A stretch of DNA of 64,000 bases from Waddliaceae bacterium. Its GTDB lineage: Bacteria; Chlamydiota; Chlamydiia; Chlamydiales; SLFE01. Shown piece after piece: positions 7,606 to 17,845 of the stretch. A model generated the notes under the pieces. That model saw nothing but the letters and a program-made list of their open reading frames with translations. It did not search any database and was not told where the DNA came from. Position numbers and translations under genes: made by a program. The number at the start of each line of letters is the position of its first letter. Position 1 is the first letter of the stretch. Where the stretch lies: positions 60,430 through 124,429 of the forward strand of contig CAWAPJ010000029.1 in assembly GCA_963783885.1 (NCBI GenBank). The letters are read 5' to 3'.

Positions 7606-9789
7606 TTAGCTGGAGCTGCCTTGTTCGGTTTCCTTTACAAGAAATTGGCATTGGGTTAAAAGAGGGCGATTTTGCAAATGCAAATCATCAGAATACAATA
7701 ATATATCCTTTGCCCAGATTTTAGTCATTTCGTCTTTTTCTTGGATTTTTTTCATTAAATACTGATGACAATCTTCCCGAAGGCTTGGGTCGACGGTGAA
7801 GATATTGCACCAATAGAACTGTTCCTCTACCCAGCACCTTGGGTCATTGAAGAGCTTGAAGTAATCATCGTATTTTTCTGGTGGAATGAATTTGGCTTTA
7901 CCCATCATCTCTTGTTTATTGGGGGATGATAATTCGATAGTTTTTTGGAGGAGATGAGGATAAGCTTTTTCTATGACAGTGCTGCCATAACATTTTAAGT
8001 CGCCAGTTGTGAACTTGACAGCATGAAGAAGTTCCTCAGAATGACGAATTTTTATACCTTTTAAGACTTTAAGTAATGGATCCAGGGTAAACGCAAAAGA
8101 AACGCGGCTAAGATAGTAAAAAATTTTTGGAACAGAGTCTGTATCGTCTAACAAGTCGAAAAGAGGAAAGCAATTTTCTGCAAGGGATCGGTATGCGAAA
8201 AGCTTCGCCGCACTAAATACAAAAGGGAGCTGATAATCATAAATGACATAGTTCTCCAAAAAAACAGAGACAATTGTAATTATATCTGCCAGCTTAGGAT
8301 GATTTTCAGTTTGTCGGTAAGCATTAAGCAAGTCGGCAATTTCGATTCTTTCTGATTCTCCAAGTTTGGAGAAAGTCTTCAGAAACTCATAAAAAGACTC
8401 CAATGTTTTAGTATTCGCAAGGGCACATTTAACAATTTCATATTGTTGATGCATCGGCAGTTGTAATAGAGCATTGAGATACTGTTCAAGGGGTCTTCCT
8501 CCTGGGAAGTAGAACCGCCCAAGTATCGTGGTTGCTTCCGGATTGATCTTGCCGGCCAGCCGTTTCATAAGATCTAAAGTATTCATGATCTGAGAAGCTG
8601 TTTTACATCGGCCTGCAAAACAGGCAGCTAACTTGATCACCTCTAGAGGGTAGTCGATCAGGTTTTTGAAAATGGAGCGTATGTCAACGCTTTCATGAAT
8701 CATAAATGATCGGACAGCTTCAGAAAATCGAGGTCTGTCTTTTAAGGGTACTTTTCGAAAATCTTCGATCAAAGAGGCGGATTGACTATAAATCGAAAAG
8801 CATCTGCTTTGCTCCCTTTCTTCGGGAGGAAATTTTTCGATGGTTTGGAGAAGGTGGCAAATATACCATCCGTCCATAGAGTTATACAAAAGTTCGGCGG
8901 TATGCACCACAACATCCTCAGGATCGACTTCGCTTTTTAACTGATTAATGACTGTCATAATTTCAGCGGCATCTCTTCCCGGCAAACGGTCATGGATCAG
9001 TTGTGATGCCAGGGCAAGTGTCTTTCGCCTTGTTTCTTTCGGCAATTTCACGGCTGCCTCGAGAAGGAAGACGACATCGCCTCCACGCATCTTCTCACGA
9101 ATGACCTTCGAAGTACTAATTTCTGAGATGACTTTTCGATTCTCCAATTGGTCGACAGCTGCCATGATTTTAGCGACATCGCTTCCAGACATACATTTAT
9201 GGGTGAGTTGAGATGTCAGAGCAAGTGTATTTTTCCTTGTGCCTCTCGGCAATTTCAAGGCTGCTTTGAGAATTTCTTTGACATCCTCTCCATTCATGTT
9301 CTGATGAATGACAGGCCGAATAGCGATTGCAGCATTGACGTTTTCTCCCGACTGGTAACCAAAAAGAATATTCAGATTTAGAAAAAAAGATTGATAATTC
9401 CAGTGATAGTTCGGCATGTCACGAACTGCGTGGATGATAGTTTCTAAATCACCCCGTGTCATGCACATTGAGATTAATGGAGCGGCAAGATCAGCAATGG
9501 CTTTGTCTGGATTCCTTCGGTGAGACAGTAAAATCATCAACGAAAGTTGATTAATTTTAATGGTTAACTCGCATTTCTTAATTTTAGTGATGTTTCGGTT
9601 AATCAGTAGAAGGCAGTCGACATGTTCCGGGGTGAAGCTTATAGGATGATTATTTATCCATTGATCAAGTTTGTCGAAAATGCTTTGAAAATCGTTTTGA
9701 GTTTGTAGAATTCGGCTAAAATCTTCGATTTGAGTAGCTGTCGATAGTTGAAGAAGTGTTGTACCAAAATCCATGCCGGAAGTGTACAT
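7606..9789 (-). CDS. Hypothetical 727-aa helical-repeat protein
   Basis: Long ORF; degenerate ~36-38 aa repeats (IHQNMNGEDVKEIL, THKCMSGSDVAKIM, IREKMRGGDVVFLL, IHDRLPGRDAAEIM). Confidence 0.8.
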   Translation of the reverse strand: MYTSGMDFGTTLLQLSTATQIEDFSRILQTQNDFQSIFDKLDQWINNHPISFTPEHVDCLLLINRNITKIKKCELTIKINQLSLMILLSHRRNPDKAIADLAAPLISMCMTRGDLETIIHAVRDMPNYHWNYQSFFLNLNILFGYQSGENVNAAIAIRPVIHQNMNGEDVKEILKAALKLPRGTRKNTLALTSQLTHKCMSGSDVAKIMAAVDQLENRKVISEISTSKVIREKMRGGDVVFLLEAAVKLPKETRRKTLALASQLIHDRLPGRDAAEIMTVINQLKSEVDPEDVVVHTAELLYNSMDGWYICHLLQTIEKFPPEEREQSRCFSIYSQSASLIEDFRKVPLKDRPRFSEAVRSFMIHESVDIRSIFKNLIDYPLEVIKLAACFAGRCKTASQIMNTLDLMKRLAGKINPEATTILGRFYFPGGRPLEQYLNALLQLPMHQQYEIVKCALANTKTLESFYEFLKTFSKLGESERIEIADLLNAYRQTENHPKLADIITIVSVFLENYVIYDYQLPFVFSAAKLFAYRSLAENCFPLFDLLDDTDSVPKIFYYLSRVSFAFTLDPLLKVLKGIKIRHSEELLHAVKFTTGDLKCYGSTVIEKAYPHLLQKTIELSSPNKQEMMGKAKFIPPEKYDDYFKLFNDPRCWVEEQFYWCNIFTVDPSLREDCHQYLMKKIQEKDEMTKIWAKDILLYSDDLHLQNRPLLTQCQFLVKETEQGSSS

Positions 9790-9868
9790 TGTGCACTCAA
9801 TTTAAGGCAAATCTCAAAACTTTCATCAGCTCCGATCTTTGCGGTTATAGGTTAGTAGAGAGGTAATT

Positions 9869-9897
9869 TTGACAATAAAAAATTTAAACGACACAAT
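9869..9897 (+). promoter_or_regulatory. Putative sigma70/sigma66 promoter of the cyo operon
   Basis: TTGACA-17 nt-CACAAT, 9 nt before the cyoA ATG. Confidence 0.45.
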
Positions 9898-9906
9898 AAG
9901 CTCTTT

Positions 9907-10791
9907 ATGAAAACAAGACACCTTGTCACTCTGCTTCTAGTTTCAGGTTTCATCCTGCTTTCCATTCTCATTATGCAGCCAATGGAAATGGTTGGAGGCT
10001 ACAAGTATATCGACATCCTGTTTCCCGAGGGAGTCATAGGTTGGAAACAGCTGGAACTTCTGCTCATCATTCAAGGAGTCATGCTCGCAGTTGTCATTCC
10101 CGTCTTCATCCTCACATACTATTTCTCCTGGAAATACAGGGCGGGAAACACGAAAGCCAGACATGATCCTGATTTTGACCACCACCCTGCCGCTGAATAT
10201 ATTTGGTGGGGTGTTCCCTGCATCATTGTTCTGATTATAGGTATCCTCACCTGGATCAGAACGCATCAATTAGATCCCTATAGGCCCATTGACTCTCCAA
10301 AAAAAGCGCTAGTCGTCCAGGCGGTCGCTTTGCAGTGGAAGTGGTTGTTCATCTACCCAGAGGAAAAAATTGCCAGCGTCAACTTTCTACATATTCCTAA
10401 GGATACCCCGATTCATTTTGAAGTCACCGCAGACGCTCCCATGAATTCGTTGTGGATTCCTAAACTGGGAGGACAAATTTATGCCATGCCTAAAATGAAA
10501 ACAGAACTCTATCTGATAGCTGATGAAGTCGGAGATTTCAGAGGTTCTTCGGCCAACATCAGCGGCAAAGGATTTGCGGGCATGCATTTTATCACACGCT
10601 CTTCATTAGAAGACGATTTTCAAAATTGGGTGGAGGCGGCAAAGCAGTCGGAAAAGGCCTTAACTGCAAAAGAATACGATCGATTAGCCGCTCCCAGCCA
10701 GAACAACCCTGTAGAGTCCTATCGCTTAGAAGATGAGAACCTTTTCGAACAGATTATCATGAAATACATGCCCCCAAAGAAAAGAGGATAA
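9907..10791 (+). CDS. cyoA: Cytochrome bo3-type quinol oxidase subunit II
   Basis: LDPYRP, WKWLFIYPE, MNSLWIP.LGGQIYAM, SANISGKGFAGM; no CuA ligands. Confidence 0.93.
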   Translation: MKTRHLVTLLLVSGFILLSILIMQPMEMVGGYKYIDILFPEGVIGWKQLELLLIIQGVMLAVVIPVFILTYYFSWKYRAGNTKARHDPDFDHHPAAEYIWWGVPCIIVLIIGILTWIRTHQLDPYRPIDSPKKALVVQAVALQWKWLFIYPEEKIASVNFLHIPKDTPIHFEVTADAPMNSLWIPKLGGQIYAMPKMKTELYLIADEVGDFRGSSANISGKGFAGMHFITRSSLEDDFQNWVEAAKQSEKALTAKEYDRLAAPSQNNPVESYRLEDENLFEQIIMKYMPPKKRG

Positions 10792-10794
10792 GAT

Positions 10795-12768
10795 ATGTTT
10801 GGCAGATTAACTCTTGGAGCATTCGATCACGAAATTACTCAAAATCTTGCTGTCATCTCGATGGCAGTCATCGGCATTGGGCTTATCGGACTTATAACCT
10901 ACCTCAAACGGTGGAAATGGCTTTGGAATGAATGGCTGACAACCGTCGATCCCAAAAAAATCGGTATCATGTATATCGTCGTCGTCCTTCTGATGTTCCT
11001 GAAAGGGTTTTCCGATGCCCTGATGATGCGCATTCAGCAAGCACTCGCCGTAGGAGATTCTCAGGGCTTTATTTCCGCGACCCATTTTCAGGAAGTTTTT
11101 TCCGCTCATGGGACAACGATGATTTTCTTTGTCGGCATGGGATTTGTCTTTGGTATCATGAACCTCATAGTCCCCTTGCAAATCGGAGCTAGAGATGTCG
11201 CCTTCCCGTTTTTAAACGCTTTGGGTTTCTGGCTGTTTGCGGGGGCGGGATCTCTGCTTCTCATCTCCCTTGCTATCGGTCAATTTACGATAGCGGGGTG
11301 GCTTGCTTATCCTCCTTTGTCCGGACTGGAATACAGCCCCAATGAAGGAGTCGACTATTGGATATGGATGCTGCAGATAGCGGGGGTGGGCAGTACTATT
11401 TCTGCGATCAACTTTTTAGTTACCATCCTCAAAATGCGTTGTCCGGGCATGACGCTTTTTAGAATGCCCATCTTTGTCTGGAGCGCCCTTTGCGCCACGA
11501 TTCTCATTATTTTTGCCTTCCCCATTCTGACAGCGACGCTCTATTTGCTCACGCTGGACCGCTACCTCGGTATGCACTTTTTCACTGCGGGAGGCGGAGG
11601 AAACCCTATGATGTATGTCAACCTGATCTGGGCTTGGGGCCATCCGGAAGTTTATATTTTGATCATGCCGGTGTTCGGCATCTTTTCCGAAGTGGTGCCC
11701 ACCTTCTCGGAAAAACGATTGTTTGGATATGTCTCGATGGTCCTGGCCCTTGGATTGATTACATTCCTCTCATTCATTGTCTGGGTGCACCACTTCTTTA
11801 CGATGGGGGCAAGCCCTAATGTCAACGCGTTTTTCGGGTTTATGACCATGCTCATCGCGATTCCCACGGGAGTCAAAATATTCAACTGGCTGTTTACGAA
11901 ATTTCGAGGAAGGATTCATTTCTCATCGCCAATGCTATGGTTTTTTGCTTTTGTGCTCAATTTTACCATAGGGGGAATGACGGGAGTCTTGCTTTCATCG
12001 CCTCCGGTCGACTATCAAGTCCACAACAGCCTGTTTTTGATTGCCCATTTCCACGGCATGGTCATTGGCGGGGTGCTCTTCGGCTTTTTTGCGGGATTTA
12101 CCTATTGGTTTCCCAAGTACACAGGATTTTTTCTCGATGAAAAATGGAATATGTCAGCTTTTTGGTGCTGGTTCAGCGGTTTTTTGCTTGCGTTCATGCC
12201 CCTTTATATGCTGGGATTTATGGGAGCGACAAGGCGCCTCAACCATTACGACGCCTCTACCGGTTGGCATCCGCTGTTTTTGGTAGCGGCCGTAGGGGCA
12301 TTTATTATTTTGTGTGGAGCCAGCATCCAGTTTTTGGGTCTCTTTTGGAGCATTAAAGAGCGCAAAAAGAACCGCGACACCTCTGGAGGCGACCCTTGGA
12401 ATGGCCGTACCCTCGAGTGGTCTCTTCCATCCCCTCCTCCCATCTATAATTTCGCTATCATTCCCAATGTGAACGATGTCGACCCGGTGTGGGAAATGAA
12501 ACGGGGCCTTGCCCCTCCGCAAAAAAAGGAATACGAAGATATCCATATACCGAAAAACACCCCACTTGGAATTTATATTGGGGGCTTGTGCATAGCTTTC
12601 GGCTTTGCTATGACCTGGTATATCTATTGGCTGGCAATCATCAGTTTCGTCGGAGTTATCGGGTGCCTGATTTACCGCCTCTCCCGAAAAGACGTGTACG
12701 AGGTGATCATGAAAGAAGAGGTCAAGGAGATAGAAGACTCCCTCTCGAGGAGGCGTGAATTGGCATGA
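10795..12768 (+). CDS. cyoB: Quinol oxidase subunit I (heme-copper)
   Basis: TTVDPKKIGIMY, AHG, WAWGHPEVY, VWVHHFF, AHFH. Confidence 0.97.
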   Translation: MFGRLTLGAFDHEITQNLAVISMAVIGIGLIGLITYLKRWKWLWNEWLTTVDPKKIGIMYIVVVLLMFLKGFSDALMMRIQQALAVGDSQGFISATHFQEVFSAHGTTMIFFVGMGFVFGIMNLIVPLQIGARDVAFPFLNALGFWLFAGAGSLLLISLAIGQFTIAGWLAYPPLSGLEYSPNEGVDYWIWMLQIAGVGSTISAINFLVTILKMRCPGMTLFRMPIFVWSALCATILIIFAFPILTATLYLLTLDRYLGMHFFTAGGGGNPMMYVNLIWAWGHPEVYILIMPVFGIFSEVVPTFSEKRLFGYVSMVLALGLITFLSFIVWVHHFFTMGASPNVNAFFGFMTMLIAIPTGVKIFNWLFTKFRGRIHFSSPMLWFFAFVLNFTIGGMTGVLLSSPPVDYQVHNSLFLIAHFHGMVIGGVLFGFFAGFTYWFPKYTGFFLDEKWNMSAFWCWFSGFLLAFMPLYMLGFMGATRRLNHYDASTGWHPLFLVAAVGAFIILCGASIQFLGLFWSIKERKKNRDTSGGDPWNGRTLEWSLPSPPPIYNFAIIPNVNDVDPVWEMKRGLAPPQKKEYEDIHIPKNTPLGIYIGGLCIAFGFAMTWYIYWLAIISFVGVIGCLIYRLSRKDVYEVIMKEEVKEIEDSLSRRRELA

Positions 12769-13361
12769 ATGAATCTGTAGCCGTTTATCCCGATCCTTAC
12801 CAGGATGTCTATTCCAAAAACACATTGGGCTTTTGGTTTTATCTGATGACCGATTGTATGGTCTTTACCACACTCTTTGTGACTTATGCAGTTCTTAAAA
12901 GTAATACCTTTGGCGGTCCCTCGTCAAATGACCTTTTCAGTTTGAGCACAGCTTTTGCCGAGACGATGATCCTTTTATGCAGCAGCGTTACGTGCGGCTT
13001 CGGACTGCTCTCTTCATTGAAAAATGATAAGAAAAAAGTAGTTTTTTGGCTTGCGGTCACATTTTTGCTGGGAGCAGCTTTCATCGCCCTCGAGCTGAAT
13101 GAATTTTCTCATTTTATCTTGGAAGGCAACAGCTTTACAAGAAGCGCTTTTTTATCCTCCTTCTTTACCCTTGTCGGCACCCACGGCTTGCATGTTTCTG
13201 TCGGCTTGCTATGGATGGCGGTGATGATCGTGCAGGTGTCTTTGCTCGGGATTACACTCGATACTTTTCGAAGGCTGATGATTTTTGGCATGTTCTGGCA
13301 TTTTCTTGATTTGGTGTGGATCTTCATATTCACTTTTGTCTATTTAATAGGAGTCATATAA
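12765..13361 (+). CDS. cyoC: Quinol oxidase subunit III
   Basis: GFWFYLMTDC, FFTLVGTHGLHV, FWHFLDLVW. Confidence 0.95.
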   Translation: MNESVAVYPDPYQDVYSKNTLGFWFYLMTDCMVFTTLFVTYAVLKSNTFGGPSSNDLFSLSTAFAETMILLCSSVTCGFGLLSSLKNDKKKVVFWLAVTFLLGAAFIALELNEFSHFILEGNSFTRSAFLSSFFTLVGTHGLHVSVGLLWMAVMIVQVSLLGITLDTFRRLMIFGMFWHFLDLVWIFIFTFVYLIGVI

Positions 13362-13362
13362 A

Positions 13363-13701
13363 ATGAGTGAACATCTGAGTCTGGAGGAGACCCAAAAAGA
13401 ATGGCCCGGAACCCTCCGCTCTTACTTGATCGGATTTTCCTCTTGCATCGTCTTGACAGGAATCTCCTTTCTGCTTGTCGGATTGAAGCTATTGTCCGGC
13501 AATATTTTGATAGGCACCATTGTCGCACTGGCTCTAGTGCAGGCGATTTGCCAGCTGCTTTTCTTTCTTCATTTGGGACATGAAGAGAAACCTCACTGGA
13601 AGACCCTTATTTTCTACTGTATGCTGATGATTCTTTTAATTATCGCCATCGGGTCTTTATGGATTATGTTTGATTTAAAAACACGGGTGATGCCGGGATA
13701 G
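13363..13701 (+). CDS. cyoD: Quinol oxidase subunit IV
   Basis: SYLIGF, QLLFFLHL, GSLWIM; operon position. Confidence 0.92.
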   Translation: MSEHLSLEETQKEWPGTLRSYLIGFSSCIVLTGISFLLVGLKLLSGNILIGTIVALALVQAICQLLFFLHLGHEEKPHWKTLIFYCMLMILLIIAIGSLWIMFDLKTRVMPG

Positions 13702-13705
13702 ATTT

Positions 13706-14554
13706 ATGATTAATTATTATCTTCTGACAAAACCGGGAATTATTCTGGGAAATCTGATTACCGTAACAGCGGGTTTTTTGCTGGCGGCAAACGGAAATAT
13801 TGATTTTAAATTATTTTTTGCAACCTTGATCGGCCTTGCGTTTATCATCGCTTCCGCCTGTGTTTTTAACAATTATATCGACCGTCAAACCGACAAAAAA
13901 ATGGAGAGGACGAAAAACCGGCCGCTTGTCACAGGCCTCATCTCCGGACGTCATGCCATTGTCTTTGCCACTTTTCTTGGGATACTCGGCAACATTGTCC
14001 TCTTTTCATGGACCAACCTCTTGGCAGTACTCGCAGCAGACCTTGGTTTTCTCATTTATGTTGTCCTCTATAGTTTTTGGAAATGCCATACAATTTATGG
14101 CACGGCAATTGGAAGTCTTGCGGGAGCCGTTCCACCGGTTGTCGGTTATTTAGCCGCCAGCGGCCGCTTTGATGCAGGAGCCATCATTTTGTTTTCCATG
14201 CTGATACTGTGGCAGATGCCCCACTTCTTTTCGATCGCTATCTATCACCTGGAGGATTATACCTTAGCGGGAATTCCGGTGCTGCCGGTCATCAAAGGGA
14301 TCCCGAGAACAAAAGTCCATATGGCGCTTTATATCCTCGGCTTTATTGCGGCTTCTTTGATGCTCACCTTTTTGAATTATACAGGGTATATCTACTTCAT
14401 TGTGACGACAATCATCGGCCTGGCTTGGCTTGGCCTTGGACTTAAGGGATTTCGTTGTGCCAATCACACGCTTTGGGGCAGGGACATGTTCCGCCTGTCA
14501 CTGTTGATGATAAGCGCCATTTGCCTGGCAATCTTTTTTGATGCGAGTGTCTAG
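13706..14554 (+). CDS. cyoE: Heme o synthase (protoheme IX farnesyltransferase)
   Basis: TKPGII.GN, NNYIDR..DKKMERTKNRP, WQMPHF. Confidence 0.95.
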   Translation: MINYYLLTKPGIILGNLITVTAGFLLAANGNIDFKLFFATLIGLAFIIASACVFNNYIDRQTDKKMERTKNRPLVTGLISGRHAIVFATFLGILGNIVLFSWTNLLAVLAADLGFLIYVVLYSFWKCHTIYGTAIGSLAGAVPPVVGYLAASGRFDAGAIILFSMLILWQMPHFFSIAIYHLEDYTLAGIPVLPVIKGIPRTKVHMALYILGFIAASLMLTFLNYTGYIYFIVTTIIGLAWLGLGLKGFRCANHTLWGRDMFRLSLLMISAICLAIFFDASV

Positions 14555-14636
14555 TCTATAAAATTCTTACAGAAAATTGGGTGAGATTTTTTATCCTGAC
14601 GTTGCGTGGAGATCGAAGTAAACATAGTGATGTTAG

Positions 14637-16466
14637 TTAGCTTGGACGTTCCACTGCGTTTTTCAAGCCATTTAATTCGCGATATTTTTTGATTAAATCA
14701 AAGTTATCTTGAATTTGTTTTAATTCTTCCTCTCTAGTTTTATCGCCATCTATATTTTGTCTAACGTCTTTATATTCGAGCACCAGTTTTCGGTATGCCT
14801 CTTTAAATGGTTTCCAGTCTCCTAGAATATCATCTGTGATTCCTAATCGACGAGCGGCTTCGCGGGCTTCTTTTTCACTAACGAAATCCTCATTAAAGTT
14901 GAAATCGTTGAATCCATTGCCATAGTTGAAATCGTTGAATCTATTGCCATAGTTGAAATCGTTGAATCTATTGCCATAGTTGAAATTGTTGTATCTATTG
15001 CCATAGTTGAAACCATTAAATCCATTTCCGTTGTTGAATCCATAGCCAAAGTTGAAACCATTAAATCCATTTCTGTTGTTGAATCCATAGCCAAAGTTGA
15101 AACCATTAAATCCATTTCCGTTGTTGAATCCATAGCTATAGTCGGAAGCATTGAATCTATTTCTGTTGTTGAATCCATTGCCACTATTTCTATAGCCGAA
15201 ACGATACCTACAGTCAAAGCCAAGCGTTTTCTTAATATTGTTTTTGAAAGCTTGTTTGTTGTCAGCCCCTTGGATCAAATTGTAAAAATTGTGGACGTCA
15301 GGTCTGGAAAACTTTTTAAAAAGCTTATAGCCTTCGGAAGTTTTCTTTAAGTCATTTAACCATTCATTCATGTGGATTGTATCAAAAGAACCATTGCTTT
15401 CCCTTGTGAATCTGACCTGGGAAATATTTATGTAACTTAAATGACGATCATCAAGTAATTGAAATATTTCCGGTGTCAATCCAGTACCATCGTTGCTAGT
15501 AAGTAGTCTTTTAGTTTGCGTTAGAAGTAGTTTATCTAAGAGATCCTTATGTTTGTATATCTGATATTCGATGATTTCCTTATTTGATAAAGAATGAATA
15601 AGATTTTTTATGATTTCCCTTCGTTCTTCAACGGGTAATTCAGTAAAAGCTTTATTGTTCTTAGATAAATATGTTCTAACTTGTGAGTCTAATAAGCATT
15701 TTACTGCAGCACTTTTCCTGCTTAACTTCAAGACATCAACATCGTTTAAGTCTATGGATCGTATAAAATTTTCAACTTCTCTATCACCATACCAAAAATT
15801 ATTTGTTTTCGCTTCTACTAAAGCGGAAACAAAATCACGTTTTTGCTTCGGGGATAATGAATTGTACATTGCTGCACAATTGTCATTTGATATTTTTATT
15901 GAAATGACATCGTTTATAAATTCCTCAATTTGTATTTTATCTGAATTTTCCATAATTTTTTTTGCATATTTGCTAAGCTGGTTTGTATTAAGGAGGGGTA
16001 AGTATTCATGTTGCGAAATTTTAGCTAATGTAAAATATTGTTCAATTTCCTCTGAATTTAATGAGTGCACAAAATCAGGTCTGTCAAGAAGAAAATAAAG
16101 TTTATGCTTGGAAAGGGTTTCGGGGGATATCTTCTTAAGTTCCTGAATCGGGTCATTTGAAAGACGCTTGTATGATGTACTGCTCCAGAGGGTGTCGCAG
16201 CCGACTTTTAAAGCCAAAATGAGATTTGCGCATCGCAGAATTTTTCGAAGCCTTGAATTTTCACTATTAGAATATCGATGAAATCTTTTATTCTCATATA
16301 CATTCTTGTAATTGGATATATTAATATTATATCCCTTATAGAGATCTCTCATGCCAATAAAAAGTGGAATAACCACGGTCCCTGTAGCAGTGCTTTTTGC
16401 CACGAATTTTCCTACCGATGCTACATTATTAAAAAAATTATTTTTAACTGTAAGTGAATGATACAT
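14637..16466 (-). CDS. Hypothetical protein with Asn/Gly/Phe repeat tract and C-terminal J-domain-like region lacking HPD
   Basis: 609 aa, AT-rich; C-terminus ARRLGI...FKEAYRKLVLEYKD...LKQIQDNFDLI. Confidence 0.75.
   Translation of the reverse strand: MYHSLTVKNNFFNNVASVGKFVAKSTATGTVVIPLFIGMRDLYKGYNINISNYKNVYENKRFHRYSNSENSRLRKILRCANLILALKVGCDTLWSSTSYKRLSNDPIQELKKISPETLSKHKLYFLLDRPDFVHSLNSEEIEQYFTLAKISQHEYLPLLNTNQLSKYAKKIMENSDKIQIEEFINDVISIKISNDNCAAMYNSLSPKQKRDFVSALVEAKTNNFWYGDREVENFIRSIDLNDVDVLKLSRKSAAVKCLLDSQVRTYLSKNNKAFTELPVEERREIIKNLIHSLSNKEIIEYQIYKHKDLLDKLLLTQTKRLLTSNDGTGLTPEIFQLLDDRHLSYINISQVRFTRESNGSFDTIHMNEWLNDLKKTSEGYKLFKKFSRPDVHNFYNLIQGADNKQAFKNNIKKTLGFDCRYRFGYRNSGNGFNNRNRFNASDYSYGFNNGNGFNGFNFGYGFNNRNGFNGFNFGYGFNNGNGFNGFNYGNRYNNFNYGNRFNDFNYGNRFNDFNYGNGFNDFNFNEDFVSEKEAREAARRLGITDDILGDWKPFKEAYRKLVLEYKDVRQNIDGDKTREEELKQIQDNFDLIKKYRELNGLKNAVERPS
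14896..15185 (-). repeat. Intragenic tandem repeats (27-bp units NYGNRFNDF; 45-bp units GFNFGYGFNNxNGFN)
   Basis: Repeated catagttgaaatcgttgaatc(c/t)attgc and ccaaagttgaaaccattaaatccattt units. Confidence 0.9.
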
Positions 16467-16561
16467 GTTTAATTTCCTTTTTATAGAATACGTTATAAAA
16501 CTAAATTATAAATTTTGTGTAAAGATAGCTGTACTAGCTGCAAAACACAGGGACATTATCC

Positions 16562-17845
16562 CTAAATAGTCTCTGTGAGCTCTCGTGATCTCTGAGGTGA
16601 AAATTCCAGCTGCGAATAATTGAAAACTTGCGAAATCACGGGGAAGAGAAAAAGAAGCGTCATAAACGGCACCACTTCGATGGATTGATAAAACAAAGTT
16701 TGGATGAGGGAGGCATAAAAGGCGGCCTTCAGCAGGCAGTGGCCCGGGTGGATGAAGCGGGGGATCTGCAGGAGGATGGCGTAGAAGAGAACCATGCCGA
16801 TGAGTCCGAAGTTCATGAGGAGCTGGAGGACGCTTGATTCGGTTACACGGCTTTTGTTGGTGTCGAGCTTCTTTTTCGCGAGCATGTTGTTGGAAGCGTT
16901 GGTGTATTTCCCCGCCTCTTCGCCGATGAGAAGATTGGTTCCCACCCATTCGGAGATGACTCTGTTCCAGATATTGATGCGGATGTTGTTTCCAATGGAC
17001 TTTTTGCTGGCGGCCATCACCATGTGGTGGACCATGTTGTGGAGGGGGGAGTTTCGGCTTTCTTTTGAGAAATAGAGGAAGGACAAAAAGCCGCAGGCGA
17101 TGATGAGGGTGATGAGAATGATAATTTTTTTGGATTTTCTAAAAGGGGCGACAAGGGGGTAAAACAAAATCGAGGCGAGTAGGATTAAAGCGCCCGATCT
17201 TGATGCGGCGGCAAGGGGGGCGAGGCAAAAGATCAAACCCGACCACAGATACAGTTTTTTTTTGGAGAGGGCATACCATTGAAGGGAGATCATCCCCAAA
17301 AGAATCATAATGATCGGATAATGGAGAAAGCTTCCTGTAAGCGACGCGGGGCGGACGAGGTAAATTTCTCCCGTAGCGTCGAATTTAATCAGGTGGACCT
17401 GTTCCAAACAGGCAGTCATGAGCAAAAGCCAGCCGGCAAAAAGAAGTATTGGGGCAATCGCGATCTTCAGTTCTTTTTCTTCGAAGCGTCTGATCGTAAA
17501 GAGGCCGATCCAAAGAAGTCCAAGATTAAAGGCAAAGTAAATAACCCAGATTTTTGTTTCGTTTAGAGTGAATGTGAGAAAACAGCTCAAAAAAGATTCG
17601 GCGATGAAGATAAGAGCAAAGATTATGTAAAATTTTTGAGAAGGGGAGGCGGCGCGGCTTTTGGGAAAGAAGATGAGAGCGCTTAGGGCTGTAATTCCTG
17701 CAAACTGAAGTGCCATGGCGAATTTTTTCGTCATGAGAAGCTCAAGCCCTCCTCGGCAGGTTGCCAGGATAATCATGAAAAAAAACAGCAGGGTTTTCGG
17801 GTTGACCTTGATTTGGGTATCGGGGAGCGTTTTTACCAAGATCAT
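16562..17845 (-). CDS. Polytopic membrane protein, Wzy polymerase / O-antigen ligase-like
   Basis: About 10-11 TM segments, SRSG motif, periplasmic loop with R..IW; ATGA-coupled to the sugar genes. Confidence 0.7.
   Translation of the reverse strand: MILVKTLPDTQIKVNPKTLLFFFMIILATCRGGLELLMTKKFAMALQFAGITALSALIFFPKSRAASPSQKFYIIFALIFIAESFLSCFLTFTLNETKIWVIYFAFNLGLLWIGLFTIRRFEEKELKIAIAPILLFAGWLLLMTACLEQVHLIKFDATGEIYLVRPASLTGSFLHYPIIMILLGMISLQWYALSKKKLYLWSGLIFCLAPLAAASRSGALILLASILFYPLVAPFRKSKKIIILITLIIACGFLSFLYFSKESRNSPLHNMVHHMVMAASKKSIGNNIRINIWNRVISEWVGTNLLIGEEAGKYTNASNNMLAKKKLDTNKSRVTESSVLQLLMNFGLIGMVLFYAILLQIPRFIHPGHCLLKAAFYASLIQTLFYQSIEVVPFMTLLFLFPVISQVFNYSQLEFSPQRSRELTETI

Noticed and set aside
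14896-15185. Possible CRISPR array or independent ORF 14843..15223
   Set aside because: Units are contiguous multiples of 3 with no unique spacers and lie inside a CDS; no cas genes are present; the alternative ORF is a frame shadow of the repeat
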